A DNA stretch of 64,000 nt from Octopus vulgaris (lineage: Eukaryota), in assembly GCA_951406725.2 (NCBI GenBank), contig OX597824.1, positions 72,478,001 through 72,542,000 on the forward strand, written 5' to 3'. How positions within the stretch are numbered: position 1 is the first letter of the stretch; the number at the start of each line of letters is the position of its first letter. The notes under the pieces are model-generated. The model worked only from the letters and a program-made list of their open reading frames with translations, had not been told where the DNA came from and ran no database searches. Both the position numbers and the translations under genes were made by a program. Below, piece after piece: positions 26,226-38,304 of this stretch.

Positions 26226-26739
26226 TGGTGTTGCTGGTGGTTTCACTGGTACACATGTTCCCACTTCTCCCTTCCTCCATCTCCAATGTAGTAGCAATAG
26301 TGGTAGTGAGAGCAGGGAAATGCACGTTGGAAAGGCGGTCCAATGAACAGTCTTTATTTTCCTCTCTAGCGCTGCACGTGCCGGAACGCTTCTTCTCCTT
26401 CTCTTCTTTGCCTTTTAAGGTGCGAAACGGGCGGAGACAATTTACGTTTGACGTTTCATGCATGTAGTCGTTCGACTACAGAGTGTGTGGTGTGCAAAGA
26501 AAGGAAGAGCTTACACTCCTCTTCATAGACGATTTTGTAAAATTTCAATAAGCAAAATCGAAACTGAAAATTTTGAAATGAGAAATTCGCAGCTAAAAGG
26601 GGGAAATTCCGCCTAATCGATCAGCTCAGCAAGAGCCCAGTCGGCTTCGCTACAGAAATATTCAAAAATAATTCAATTGAAATTGGGCAAAAACTCACAG
26701 CTTCCGAAGACACGTCCTTCCACTTTCAAACCAATAATA

Positions 26740-29700
26740 ATATTATTATTTCTTTTATTTACCACCTGGGCGAAGGATGAGGGGACAATACAAAGACATA
26801 AAATGTTGGGGTTTACATATAATGGAATTAAAAAATAAAAAGTGTACACGATATACATTAGAAGAAGTAAAATATAAATAGCATATGACACTAGAAAAAG
26901 AAGGGGGGAAATAAAGGTCGTGATAGGATCTCCCTGATTCAAGAAGACCTTTAGGGATAATCAAGGAACCCGCCATCGAAGATCAATACCAAGTACGGGA
27001 GCCCTCTCAAACACCTTTCTTCCGACTCACAACTCTACACTTAGAGTGGTAACTTTCACCCACCTTTTGATAAATTCAATCGAGAACAGTACTTCCCTCT
27101 CCACCCTCTCTTTCCTTTTCTAGTGAAACTTGAAAAAGTCGATGGGAGCTTTACCGAAAAAGAAAATTTCTGTTCTCATTCCTTTCAGCCTCGTCCACCA
27201 GATATCCTCTTTCGCCACAGCCACCAGACAAAGGAAAACTGCCTTGCCAGCCCGATTAAAGGAGGAGGGCGGCGGCGCAATCATCATTATAGACTCGGAC
27301 GACAGACGGATCTGTCATACACGCAACAGCAGCTGTTCGACATAACTCCACAAGTCAGCAGTGACCGGACACTGAACGAGTGCACGCAGATCGGTTTCGT
27401 CGCTCTGCGAGCACCGCGGACAAGCCCGTCTGACAACACATCCTTGTGTCTGTAGAGTTTATCTCGAACCAGTAGCGGTCCCCGGTAGCACTGCCAGGCC
27501 AAAGCGATCTGGAAATTATCCATAACAGTTCCCGACCGAAAAGTCCTCCGGAATAGATTTGCCAGTTCATCTTCGTCGACGCCTAGGGTCTCCCCGAGGA
27601 CGTCGTCGCTCTTCCCCGTTACTAATCCTCTGTAAATATCTAAAGTGGAACATCCACCAATCATATTGCTCGACTTGTAGAGGACAGTGAGTGTGTGATG
27701 ACATTTTAAGTTCCACGGACCCAGTCTTGGCCTATCCTTTACCCAGGACTGCGGTTCCGTCAAGGAGACGAGCCGCGGAAAAACGTGTCTCACAAACAGA
27801 GCCCACACACGTTCACCTTCTAGAAGTCGTTGCAGGTGGCACAACCTGAGTGCGTGTCTGTGCATCACAAGCCATGGCATGCCTAAACCGTCATGCAGAG
27901 GGGGTTGGCAGCAGACCGACCGTCTGACAATTGGAACGCGTCCCTTCCACAAGAAAAACAGGATACGCTCCAATCTAATCAAGTAGTAACTGGGACAAGG
28001 CACGACGTCCAGGCGATAAATAATGACAGTGGCGATGTAGGCATTCACCACCTCTGCCCGACCAGCCTCTCTAGGTGCCCAGTCGAAATCCTACCTACTT
28101 GTCGGCATTAATTTTAGCCCCTGCAACCAACTCAATTTCCTTTGAAATGAAGCTGACCACCTCTACATCGGAAGCGTCCGATACCATGGCTGTGACGTCG
28201 TCCGTGTATGCAGATACTGCCCACCCGAGTCCAATTTCGAAAGGGATGCCTCTTAACTGCTCCAACTTCCGCAGCAGTGTCCTGAGAGCCAGCACATACA
28301 CAAAAGATAACAGCGGGTATCCCTGACGGACCGAACGTGTGATACTAAATGGTTGTGATAGGTGGCCATTTACTTTGACACCCGAACAGGTGCCACTGTA
28401 CATTGCAGCTAACCAGCCTCTGAAAACAATCCGAAACCGTCCACTTTAAGGACGGCTTCCAAGTAGCGATGGTCTACTCTATCGAACGCTTTCGATTGAT
28501 CTAAATAGATCAAGACACCACCGAAGCCAGCTTTAGTCCCAGCCCTCTCTACGATGTATCGCATAAGGCGAAGGTTGTCGTAGACAGACCTGCTCGGGAT
28601 TGCGTAGATTTGTGCCTCCTTGACCAGACTACCAACGGCAAACGCCAACCTTTTCGCTAACACCTTGGCCAAAATCTTAAACTCTGCCTATAGCAGAGTT
28701 AGAGGCCGAAAATTCCCTAGCATGTCCCCATCGTTGGCTTCATTTCTCAGCAGTGTTACTACACCCCGGCTAACAGCACTATGAATTATCCTGTTCTGCT
28801 GCCAGTTACTGTAGACACCTGCCAAGAGGCTGCCAAACAAATCTGACATGAAAACATAGAATTCAAAGGGCAGACCATCCAAACCCTGCGATTTGCGACC
28901 TGTGCAATCGCTCATCGCCTCCTGTATTTCAGAGGCTGTAATCAGCATTTTGCAGAATCTCGCGTTCCTCACCGAGAACTGTGATAGGCTATTTAGGTAC
29001 GAAGTAAAGTTCGCTGCAGTCGTCGACCCTCCCCCTCCCCACACAACCGCGCAAAGTGTTGCTGGAAAGCCGCATAGAACCAATTAGCACACGTCCGTCC
29101 TGGTCTGTCAGATTTGATCGTGGTTTTGTTTCCACGTCGTGTCTCTACTGTTCGGGGCCACCGGACTACTTTATTTCCTTCGTGTTTTAGCGCACGAGCC
29201 TTAGCTCTGAAAATGCACCCTTCGCGCTTCGAAGATTCTTGCCACTAACACGTCGGTCGCGCTGCCTTTACTAATAACCTCTTCTAGTTTACTAACTAGT
29301 TCTCGCTTTAATCCTTTGATCGTACAGCTCTTCCTTCGCCATGTCATTACAGTTGATGTTGGTTTGGGAGGAAGAGCATTTAGAAGAAATTTGCTTTTCC
29401 GTGGCAATCGGGGGTAGAGTCCTTCTTTGTCTTGGTTTGGGAGTGGGTGTGCGAGGAGGTGTTGTAGTCTTGTGCACTTGTTTATGATTTAGCATTTGTG
29501 GTACTTGAAATGTTGCCTGTGGTGAGGCTTCATTTTCCTTTGTTTCAGAGCAGGAAACATTTAAGTTTTTTTTCAGCTCCATATACATGGCATCTTGGCT
29601 TTCTACCCTCTACGAATACTGACAGGTGAGTGCCATCCGAGAGATCGATTAGATCAAGCAGCTGGTCGATATGGTCCTGCTTGCATTGCAAGGTCAGTTC

Positions 29701-30545
29701 CATACCTATATTTAACCAGTTTTGCTTGGCAAGACCTTGGCCGCGATAGCTGCAGATTAACAAAAAAATTGTCATCCTTCAAAGTGGTTGCGGAATTTAC
29801 ATTTAGCTTATTCTTTCGTCCCAAATCTCACCTCAACGGTTCCAGACTTCTTTCCTCGGGTGATGTGCGTCTTTTGCCCCACCCCCACCCCCACAAGACA
29901 TTCTTGTATTTCACTCTCCGGAGCATTTTCCACCCGCCGAGACTTGACTCCGGTGCAACGGTGTGTGACCGTTCATCTTGCGATATTTTTTATCACGTCC
30001 GATGGAGACTGTATGGTTACCCTTCTCCCATCTCTTTTAACAATTTCTCTAGCAAATTTTAATTCTTCGTTCTCTATGTGGAAGCATTCCATACTTCTCG
30101 TCGCCGATGCAAAAGAAACAGGGACGATATTTGCATTTTTATGTTTTATTTCTTTCGTATTGTTGTTGCTGTTGCTGTTGAGCGAAGCGGTCTTCGTCCC
30201 AGAGCTCGCAGTGGGAGAAGTCCGAATCGTGGTCCTTTGCTATTCATAAGACCCGCAGAAGAGAAAGTAAGTCAACCCCCGACACCGAGAGGATCGACGG
30301 ATGAATGAATGCGCATCCAAGCTCAGCGGTTGCGTAGGAAGTCGGGGACAAGAAACAGGAAGAAAGAGTGAGAGAAAGTCGGGGCGAAAGAGTACAACAG
30401 GGGTCGCCACCACCCACTGCTGGAACTTCGCGGAGGTTTAGGTGTTTTCGCTCAATAAACACACAAAACGCCCGGTCTCGGAATCGAAACTGCGATCCTC
30501 CGACCGCGAGTCCGCTGCCCTAACCACTGGGCCTTTGCGTCTCCA
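26740..30545 (-). mobile_element. Degenerate Tx1/L1-like LINE (family D head, ORF1-like region, partial ORF2, 3' UTR with AATAAA)
   Basis: RT motifs NFRPLTLL, DQSKAFDRVDH, SVRQGYPL, YTDD, GAKINADK; endonuclease appears deleted. Confidence 0.85.
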
Positions 30546-31064
30546 CAGTTGTTGCTGCTGCTGTTGCTGCTGCTGCTATCACTACTGCTGCTGCTATCAC
30601 TGCTGCTCCTGCTGTAGCTGTTGTTCTCTTTGTCGTCACCTAAAGTTTTGACGTTGCTTAGAGACGAAACATTTTTCGCCCCGGTGACAACATTAAGTCG
30701 AGGCCATATCATGTTGATATTCTCGTTTCTTTCCTTGTTCTTAAAATTCTCAAGGAGTGCGTTCCTTTATCGAACATTATGATGGCTTCTTTATCAGCCA
30801 TCTTTAAAAAATTGCAGAAAATTCCGAAATATTTGTTTTGCCGAAAGCAGTTAATATTAAAAAATTATTTATGTGCACCCTCTGCAAAACAGAGGGTGTT
30901 TCTACACAAAAATACTATCTGCACAATCCAGACAATCTCCGAAATCTAATGATAACAAGAGAAGTCAAAAGACGAGAAGATTACAAATACTTTTTCAACT
31001 TAAGGAGCACCAAATTTCCGTGACTTCACAATAGGGCGACCATAATAGTAATAATAATAATAAT

Positions 31065-31820
31065 CTTTTTTGCTCTGGCACAAGGCCCGAAATTTTGGGG
31101 GAGGGGCCTGTCGATTAGATCGACCCAGTATGCAACTGGTACTAAATTTATCGACTCCGAAGGGATGAAAGGAAAAGTCGACCTCGGCGGAAGTTGAACT
31201 CAGAACGTAAAGTCAGACGAAATACCTATTTCTTTACTACCCACAAGGGGCTAAACACAGAGAGGACAAACAAGGACAGACAAACGGATTAAGTCGATTA
31301 TATCGACCCCAGTGCATAACTGGTACTTAATTTATCGACCCCGAAAGGATGAAAGGCAAAGTCGACCTCGGCGGAATTTGAACTCACAACGTAGCGGCAG
31401 ACGAAATACCTATTTCTTTACTACCCCCAAGGGGCTAAACACAGAGAGGACAAACAAGGACAGACAAACGGATTAAGTCGATTATATCGACCCCAGTGCA
31501 TAACTGGTACTTAATTTATCGACCCCGAAAGGATGAAAGGCAAAGTCGACCTCGGCGGAATTTGAACTCACAACGTAGCGGCAGACGAAATACCTATTTC
31601 TTTACTACCCCCAAGGGGCTAAACACAGAGAGGACAAACAAGGACAGACAAACGGATTAAGTCGATTATATCGACCCCAGTGCATAACTGGTACTTAATT
31701 TATCCACCCCAAAAGGATGAAAAGCAAAGTCGACCTCGGCGGAATTTGAACTCAGAACGTAACGGCAGACGAAATACGGCTACGCATTTCGCCCGGGGTG
31801 CTAACGTTTCTGCCAGCTAA
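31065..31820 (-). repeat. SINE family B tandem multimer, 184-bp period
   Basis: gacgaaatac recurs at 31216, 31400, 31584 and 31768. Confidence 0.9.
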
Positions 31821-31831
31821 CAATAATAATA

Positions 31832-31862
<31 letters not shown>

Positions 31863-32364
31863 CGATGACGATGATGATGACGATGATGATGATGATGACG
31901 ACGACGACGACAACGACAACGACAACAACAACAACAACAACAACATTACAATGGATTAATAAATCTTGCATATAATGAAATCAATATAACGGGGGAAACA
32001 TTTTTGATAAATAAAAATGAATATTTAATATATCAGACAAAAATTAAAATGCTTCAGTAGCAGAACATCATATGTGCTCTAGTAATTGACAAATTCGATT
32101 ATATAAGGTAGCTCCATTCATTTTGTGGTGGTGAAATTATACATGCCGATCCATAATTCTCTTCCAAAAGCCAATTTTATATTAGCAAGGAATTCACCAC
32201 ATGCAAGAAAATTTCCTTTTCACCGACAACTTCTAAGATAATAGACTATTTGAATTTACGACTGTAACTTGTATTGAGGCAAACATATGTGAACCGCCAA
32301 GAGGAAAGATATAAGGTCGTGCTTTAAATAAAACCGATCTCCCATTGTAAAAGCAGCGGTAAAT

Positions 32365-32550
32365 TTACGTGTTTCTTTTCGTACGAAATAATTTCATCGT
32401 TTTTTCTTCTGCTTTCATTTTCTGGACATCTTCGACGGTTTGCATTAAAACTTTATTTTTTGTTTCTGGTAAAAATAGCCAAACCAATACGGCGGAAATT
32501 AAACATGCAGAGCCCATTGTAAAACCGGAAGCCCATAGAATATACAAAGT
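32365..32550 (-). CDS. SLC22-family transporter, exon 10 (last)
   Basis: cattcgcag acceptor; TLYILWASG...LFLPETKNKVL...RNT* (LPETK motif). Confidence 0.9.
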   Translation of the reverse strand, partial: TLYILWASGFTMGSACLISAVLVWLFLPETKNKVLMQTVEDVQKMKAEEKTMKLFRTKRNT

Positions 32551-32683
32551 CTGCGAATGGTAAAGAAAATATTTTGAATACACTGACATACGTAATTGTC
32601 CGCATGTGCGTGTCTCTGGTACGCGCATGTTCGTGTGTATGTGTGAATGGGGGTACTCGTGTATATATGCCTGTGATATATTT

Positions 32684-32719
<36 letters not shown>

Positions 32720-32770
32720 CGTTCGTGCGTGTGTGTGTGTGTGTGTGTGGGTTTGTGTGTGTGTGTGTTC

Positions 32771-32804
<34 letters not shown>

Positions 32805-32944
32805 TTGTGTGTGTTTCTGTGTGTGTGTGTGCGTGTGTGTGTGTTCGTGTGTGTGTGTGTTCGTGCGCGCGTGTGTGTGTTCGTGTGTGTGTGTGTGTTG
32901 TGTGTGTGTGTGTGTGTGTGTTGTGTGTGTGTGTGTGTGTGTTC

Positions 32945-32982
<38 letters not shown>

Positions 32983-34236
32983 ATGTGTCTGTGAATGTAG
33001 AGGTGATCTAAGTATGCGGGAAAGGTAGATCACGTATTCAAATACCACTGTTAGTATTTTCTCTCGTTTCTCAGACAGAACATTTTATTCTACATTGTCT
33101 CGGCTCTTTACTCTTTTACTTGTTTCAGTCATTTGACTGCGGCCATGCTGGGGCACCACCTTTAGTCGAGCAAATCGACTCCAGGACTTATTCTTTGTAA
33201 GCCTAGTATTCTACGCTCTGTTTCATGTAAAATCCTTGATAGGATGGGTTTTCTTTTTGTTTTGTGATGACCTCATGTGGTGTATGTGTATAATATATGT
33301 ATAGCTGTGAGTGCATTTTGGTGCATTTTGATATATGGTCGTATCAATGTGGATGCTCGAATGAACATATATATGATATTAGCAAAATAAAAACAAAAAA
33401 CAAACAAGAACAAAAATCCCCAAAGAGAATGAAAATGAAATAGCAACCATACGCTGTTCGGTTTGCTTTCATACACTCAATATAAAATCGTACAAGGATA
33501 TTGTAAGACCTCAGTAGTAATTGTGATAACAAAAATAATCGGATTTCCTCGCTTACGAGATGTAGATTCAGGATTTGAATTTCTGCTAGATGTACATATA
33601 ATATCTGGAGATCTCAAACGTGGAAAATTGCCAGAAAACTGTCTGTCTTAGGAAAGATCTATTCGGATGATATTGACGGACCAGAATTGGACGGATAAAT
33701 TAAAAACAATAAGTAAAAGAACATAAATCAATTTTCCTGGACTAAATGACTTGTTAGCATTTATAATTAAGAATTGCATTGCAAATTTTGTAACAATTAT
33801 GATATTTTGCTAGTAGGGGAAGGTTCTTCATCAATCTGCAATTAATTCTTACATACTCGATAACTTCAATGCCACAAGAAAGGCTTAGTATCTTGGTAAT
33901 ATTAAGAATTTTAAGATATGTTCATAATTAGATTTTGGTTGGATAATCAATTCATTTGCAATAGTGAAAACACGAAAAGTTCATACAGATTCTATATTAT
34001 AGAATGTAACTACGAATATCAGAATGCTGCTGGTACAGCGTTTAACTATATTCTTTTATTCTCTTACTTGTTTCAGTCATCTGACTGCGGCCATGCTGGA
34101 GCACTACCTTAAAAAAATTTTAGTCGAAGAAATCGATTCCGTGACTTATTCTTTGTAATGTTCTATATTTAAGAGATGAAGAATTATGTACATTATTTAC
34201 ATTTGACGGATATTTGTCCTCATCTTGTTTGTTGTT

Positions 34237-34282
34237 AACACAACGTTTCAGCTGATATACCCTCCAGCCGTCATCAGGTGTC
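34237..34282 (-). ncRNA. Minimal Penelope-type hammerhead ribozyme motif
   Basis: gacac-CTGATGA-cggctg gagggtatat cagct-GAAA-cg-TT-gtgtt: core boxes intact, stem I gacac/gtgtt, stem II gctg/cagc. Confidence 0.7.
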
Positions 34283-34343
34283 TTGGGGAAATTTCGAACC
34301 TGGATTCTCATTTCTAATGTATTTTTCTATGGTATTATTTATT

Positions 34344-34433
<90 letters not shown>

Positions 34434-34437
<4 letters not shown>

Positions 34438-34541
34438 TAACTGCCTGGAACCACTACGCCATATGTCCACGGGCATATGACATAGTGGTTAAGAGCGCGG
34501 GCTACTAGCCCGAAGATTCCGAGTTCGATTCCAGGCAGTGA

Positions 34542-34545
<4 letters not shown>
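34434..34545 (+). mobile_element. tRNA-derived mini-SINE with an inverted partial copy, between (TTA)n and (TAA)n
   Basis: A box tgacatagtgg and B box gagttcgattcc at 34471-34540; the left part is the reverse complement of its two ends. Confidence 0.7.
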
Positions 34546-34613
<68 letters not shown>

Positions 34614-34615
<2 letters not shown>

Positions 34616-36870
34616 CTATCGGCCTATAACCTGTTTATCCACCACGTATAAAATCCTAACATCTATCCTGGCGGAGAAAACATATGCATTCATGGAGAAG
34701 AACGATATTTTCCCCATTGAACAAAAAGGGTGCCGCCGAGGCTCTTACGGATGCAAAGATCAACTGCTAATCAATCGTATGATCCTTGAGAACTGTCACA
34801 ACAAGCGCAGAAATCTCAGCACCGCATGGATTGACTACAAAAAGGCCTTCGACAGTATACCGCATCCATGGATCTTGAGATCGCTGGACATCTTCAAAAT
34901 TTCCCCTGTGATTTCAAACTTCCTGAAGCACAATATGTCGTTGTGGAATACGAATCTCCAATTATACCACTCTAATGGAGTACTTGCCTTAGAAAATATA
35001 AACATCAACTGTGGAATTTTTCAAGGTGACTCACTTTCACCTTTAATATTCTGCATAGCCCTAATACCCCTTACAAGTGAATTAAACAGAACAGGGTATG
35101 GGTATAAAATTGCCAATAAAAAAATAAGCCATCTATTTTATATGGATGACTTAAAACTTTATGGTAAAGACAATAATGAACTTGAAGGCCTATTGCGCAC
35201 CGTGAAAGCATTCAGCGATGACATCGGGATGGAGTTTGGACTTGAGAAGTGTGCCAAGGCCACTTTCCAGAAAGGGAAAGTGAAGACCACAAATTCAGTC
35301 GTGTTAGATATTGACACAGTCATAAGAGAGCTTGAGCAAGAACAAACATACAAATATTTAGGGATAAATGAAGGCTCTGGTATTCAGCATGCAAGCATGA
35401 AAGAGAAAATCAGGAAGGAATGTTATAGGAGAGTTCGTGCAGTCCTGAAATCTGAACTAAATGCACGTAACAAGGTGTTAGCTATAAATTCCTTAGCAGT
35501 TCCAGTTGTTACTTATAGCTACAATGTGTTGAACTTTAATATGAGTGAAGTAAAGAATATAGATAGAAAAATACGCAAGCTGCTGAGTTGTAATAGGATG
35601 CACCACCCAAAGGCAGACGTAGATCGCCTTTACCTTCCCAGAGCCAAAGGAGGTCGAGGCCTGATCCAATTTGAACTAGCTTACAAAACAACCACAATTG
35701 GACTGGCCAAATATCTCGAAATATCGAATGACTGGATGCTAAAGCTCGTGGAAAATCACGAGAGACGAAAGAAGCTTCATTCTATCATAAAGGAAAGCAA
35801 AAAATTTGCTATTGATCTCGTGCAGGATACCCAAACTGAACAACCCGAGGGAAGTACGGTAACTATTGTTGCAAAGAAGGTGAAAATGATGGCAATGAAA
35901 AAAGCGCACGAGCAATTGGCTGATAGGTGGGAGGAGAAACCTCTGCACGGCAAATATGTGACCCGCAGCAAACAAGCTGATGTTGACCAGAAGCAAACCC
36001 ATCAGTGGCTACGGAGCTCAGGGCTAAAAGCAGAGAGCGAAGGTTTCATCCTGGCTGCTCAAGACCAAAGCCTATTAACCTGGAACTACCAGGCCAATGT
36101 GATGAAAAATGGAGCAGACCCAAAATGCCGATTCTGCAACGACATGATTGAAACAGTGGACCACCTAATCTCTGGATATAAAGTCTTAGCACCAGTGGAG
36201 TATAAATTAAGACATGACAGAGTTGGCCAATATCTCCACTGGCTAATAAGTCGGCATTACAATATCAAAACTGCCGACAAGTGGTATAATCACCACCCTG
36301 AGGCTGTAACTAAAGGAGAAAATGTAACCATTCTGTGGGACTTTCCAGTACATACAGACCGAACCATCAAGGCCAATAAACCAGATATTGTTGTGAAAGA
36401 CCAAAACAATAAAGTTTGCTTATTGATCGACATGAGCATCCCCTGTGATCATAATATCTCAGCGAAAGAGTTTGACAAGCTCAGAAAATATAAAGACCTA
36501 CTCATTGAAATTGAGAAAATGTGGCATCTCAAGGCGGTTACAATACCAGTGATCGTAGGAGCACTAGGAATGATCAAGAAGGGAACCGAAAATTATATGA
36601 GAATGATCCATGGCTTACCATCCCTGCAAGAAGTGCAAAAGATTGTCTTAACTGGTACATCACACGTATTGAGAAGAGCATTGTCGATGTGAGAACTGTT
36701 GCTGCTCATGTATTTTAATTTAACTTAAAAAAAAAAAAAAAAAAAAATGAACGAACTACTGAGTTTGGTTTAATGGCCTACCAATGTATACTATGAGTTT
36801 CTTTGCCCTAGGAGTCGGGAAGACACTCGGCAAGAAATGGAAGCAAATTTGAAAGAAGAAAAAAAAAAAA
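34614..36870 (+). mobile_element. 5'-truncated R4/Dong-like non-LTR retrotransposon (RT + CCHC + RLE endonuclease; ORF 34692-36692)
   Basis: NYRPITCL, IDYKKAFDS, GIFQGDSLSP, YMDD, CRFC...H, RHD, KPDIVV, IDMSIP, KYKDL; (TAA)n on both sides. Confidence 0.92.
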
Positions 36871-37398
36871 TAATAATAATAATAATAATAACGGTTTCAA
36901 AATTTTGGCACAAGGCCGCCAATTTCAGAGGAGGGCGTAAGTCGATTACATCGATCCCATTTCTCAACTGGTACTTATTGAAAGAATGAAAAGCAAAGTC
37001 GATCCTCAGTGGAATTTGAACTCAGAACGTAGCGACGAATGAAATGCCGTTAAGCATTTCGCCCGGTGTGCTAACGATTTTGCCAACTCGTCACTTTAAA
37101 TCCCAAAATAATAATCATGAACCCCCAAATGAATTCCAGAATAAAAATCAGAGGTAAGGTGTGGAATATGATTTCTTCCCCGGGCGCTGAGAGCATTTGT
37201 AACGCGATTGGGTCCAAACTCAGTGAACTTAGTCTGCCGGTATCCTCCAGACGAATCTATATCCGAATCCGGATAAATATCCAGTGATATCCAGTGAGAA
37301 CATTCCGTAATGCTCGTAGCTTATATTTGTCCGTAATTACAATGCTGGTTGCAATTAATGTAACAAGGTCTAAGGGGATAAAGACATAGATTACTTAC

Positions 37399-37471
37399 CA
37401 GAAGTTTGAAAAATGGCGCCACAGAGCATGTCGTTCTTGAGAGCGTGATGGGAATACCAAATGCGATACTT
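37399..37471 (-). CDS. SLC22-family transporter, exon 9
   Basis: cttgcag / gtaagt; (R)SIAFGIPITLSRTTCSVAPFFKLL; phases 2-0 fit the neighbouring exons. Confidence 0.88.
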
Positions 37472-37748
37472 CTGCAAGATATTTGTACATACAGTCACGT
37501 ATGTGTGTGTTTGTTTGTTTGTGTGTGTGTGTGTGTGTGCGTGTGTGTGAGGGTGCGATGTATATATATATATATATATATATCACCGTGATCCCCGTGA
37601 CCGACCAGGCTCTCAGATATTGCTACACATCGCTGGTCACAATGCGCTTCGCAATGTTTTTTAGCCTTCAAATGACGCCACCCCGCTGGCTAAGCGAGCA
37701 GGCCAATATATATATACATATATGTGTGTATGTGTGTGTGTGTATATA

Positions 37749-38304
37749 CGAGGGTGAGTCAAAAAGTAATGCCATTTTGTTTAGGACAGGTATAATTACC
37801 AACACAGGAACATGTATCATACATCAAAATGAAGCTGGTCCTCTGTGGATCACATCCTTATTTCTCAACATAGTCTCCGTTTCTCTTAATAGCAATGTTC
37901 CACCTTTGAATGAGAGCATGTATCCCTACCCCATAAAATTCTGTTGACTGTTCTTTGAGCCACTTCTTCACTATCCCCACACTCACCATATTTAGCGCCA
38001 TCAGACTATCATTTCTTCGGCGCCATGAAAGAGGGTTTGAGAGGCAAACATTATTCCAGTGACGAGGAAGTGAAAACTGTAGTGAAGAAGTGACTCAAAG
38101 AACAGTCAACAGAATTATACGGGGCAGGGATACATGTTCTCATTCAAAGGTGGAACATTGCTATTGAGAGAAACGGTGACTATGTTGCGAAGTAGGGATG
38201 TGATCCACAGAGGATCAGCTTCATTTTGATGTGTGCCACATGTTCCTGTGTTGATAATTATACCTGTCCTAAACAAAATGGCATTACTTTTTGACTCACC
38301 CTCG
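37749..38304 (+). mobile_element. Non-autonomous mariner with about 110-bp TIRs
   Basis: TA-cgagggtgagtcaaaaagtaatgcc...ggcattactttttgactcaccctcg-TA; LAPSDYHFF remnant. Confidence 0.88.

Noticed and set aside
32499-33048. Long His-Thr / Cys-Val ORFs (also at 6591-7000, 17551-17919, 39213-39859, 61196-61414)
   Set aside because: Translations of (CA)n/(TG)n/(TA)n microsatellites; only the spliced portions called as exons are coding
34471-34545. Functional tRNA gene
   Set aside because: Acceptor stem does not pair and it has a TAA tail; SINE-like
34692-36692. Host gene or autonomous active retroelement
   Set aside because: 5'-truncated within the RT, the ATG is internal, and the CCHC finger is mutated
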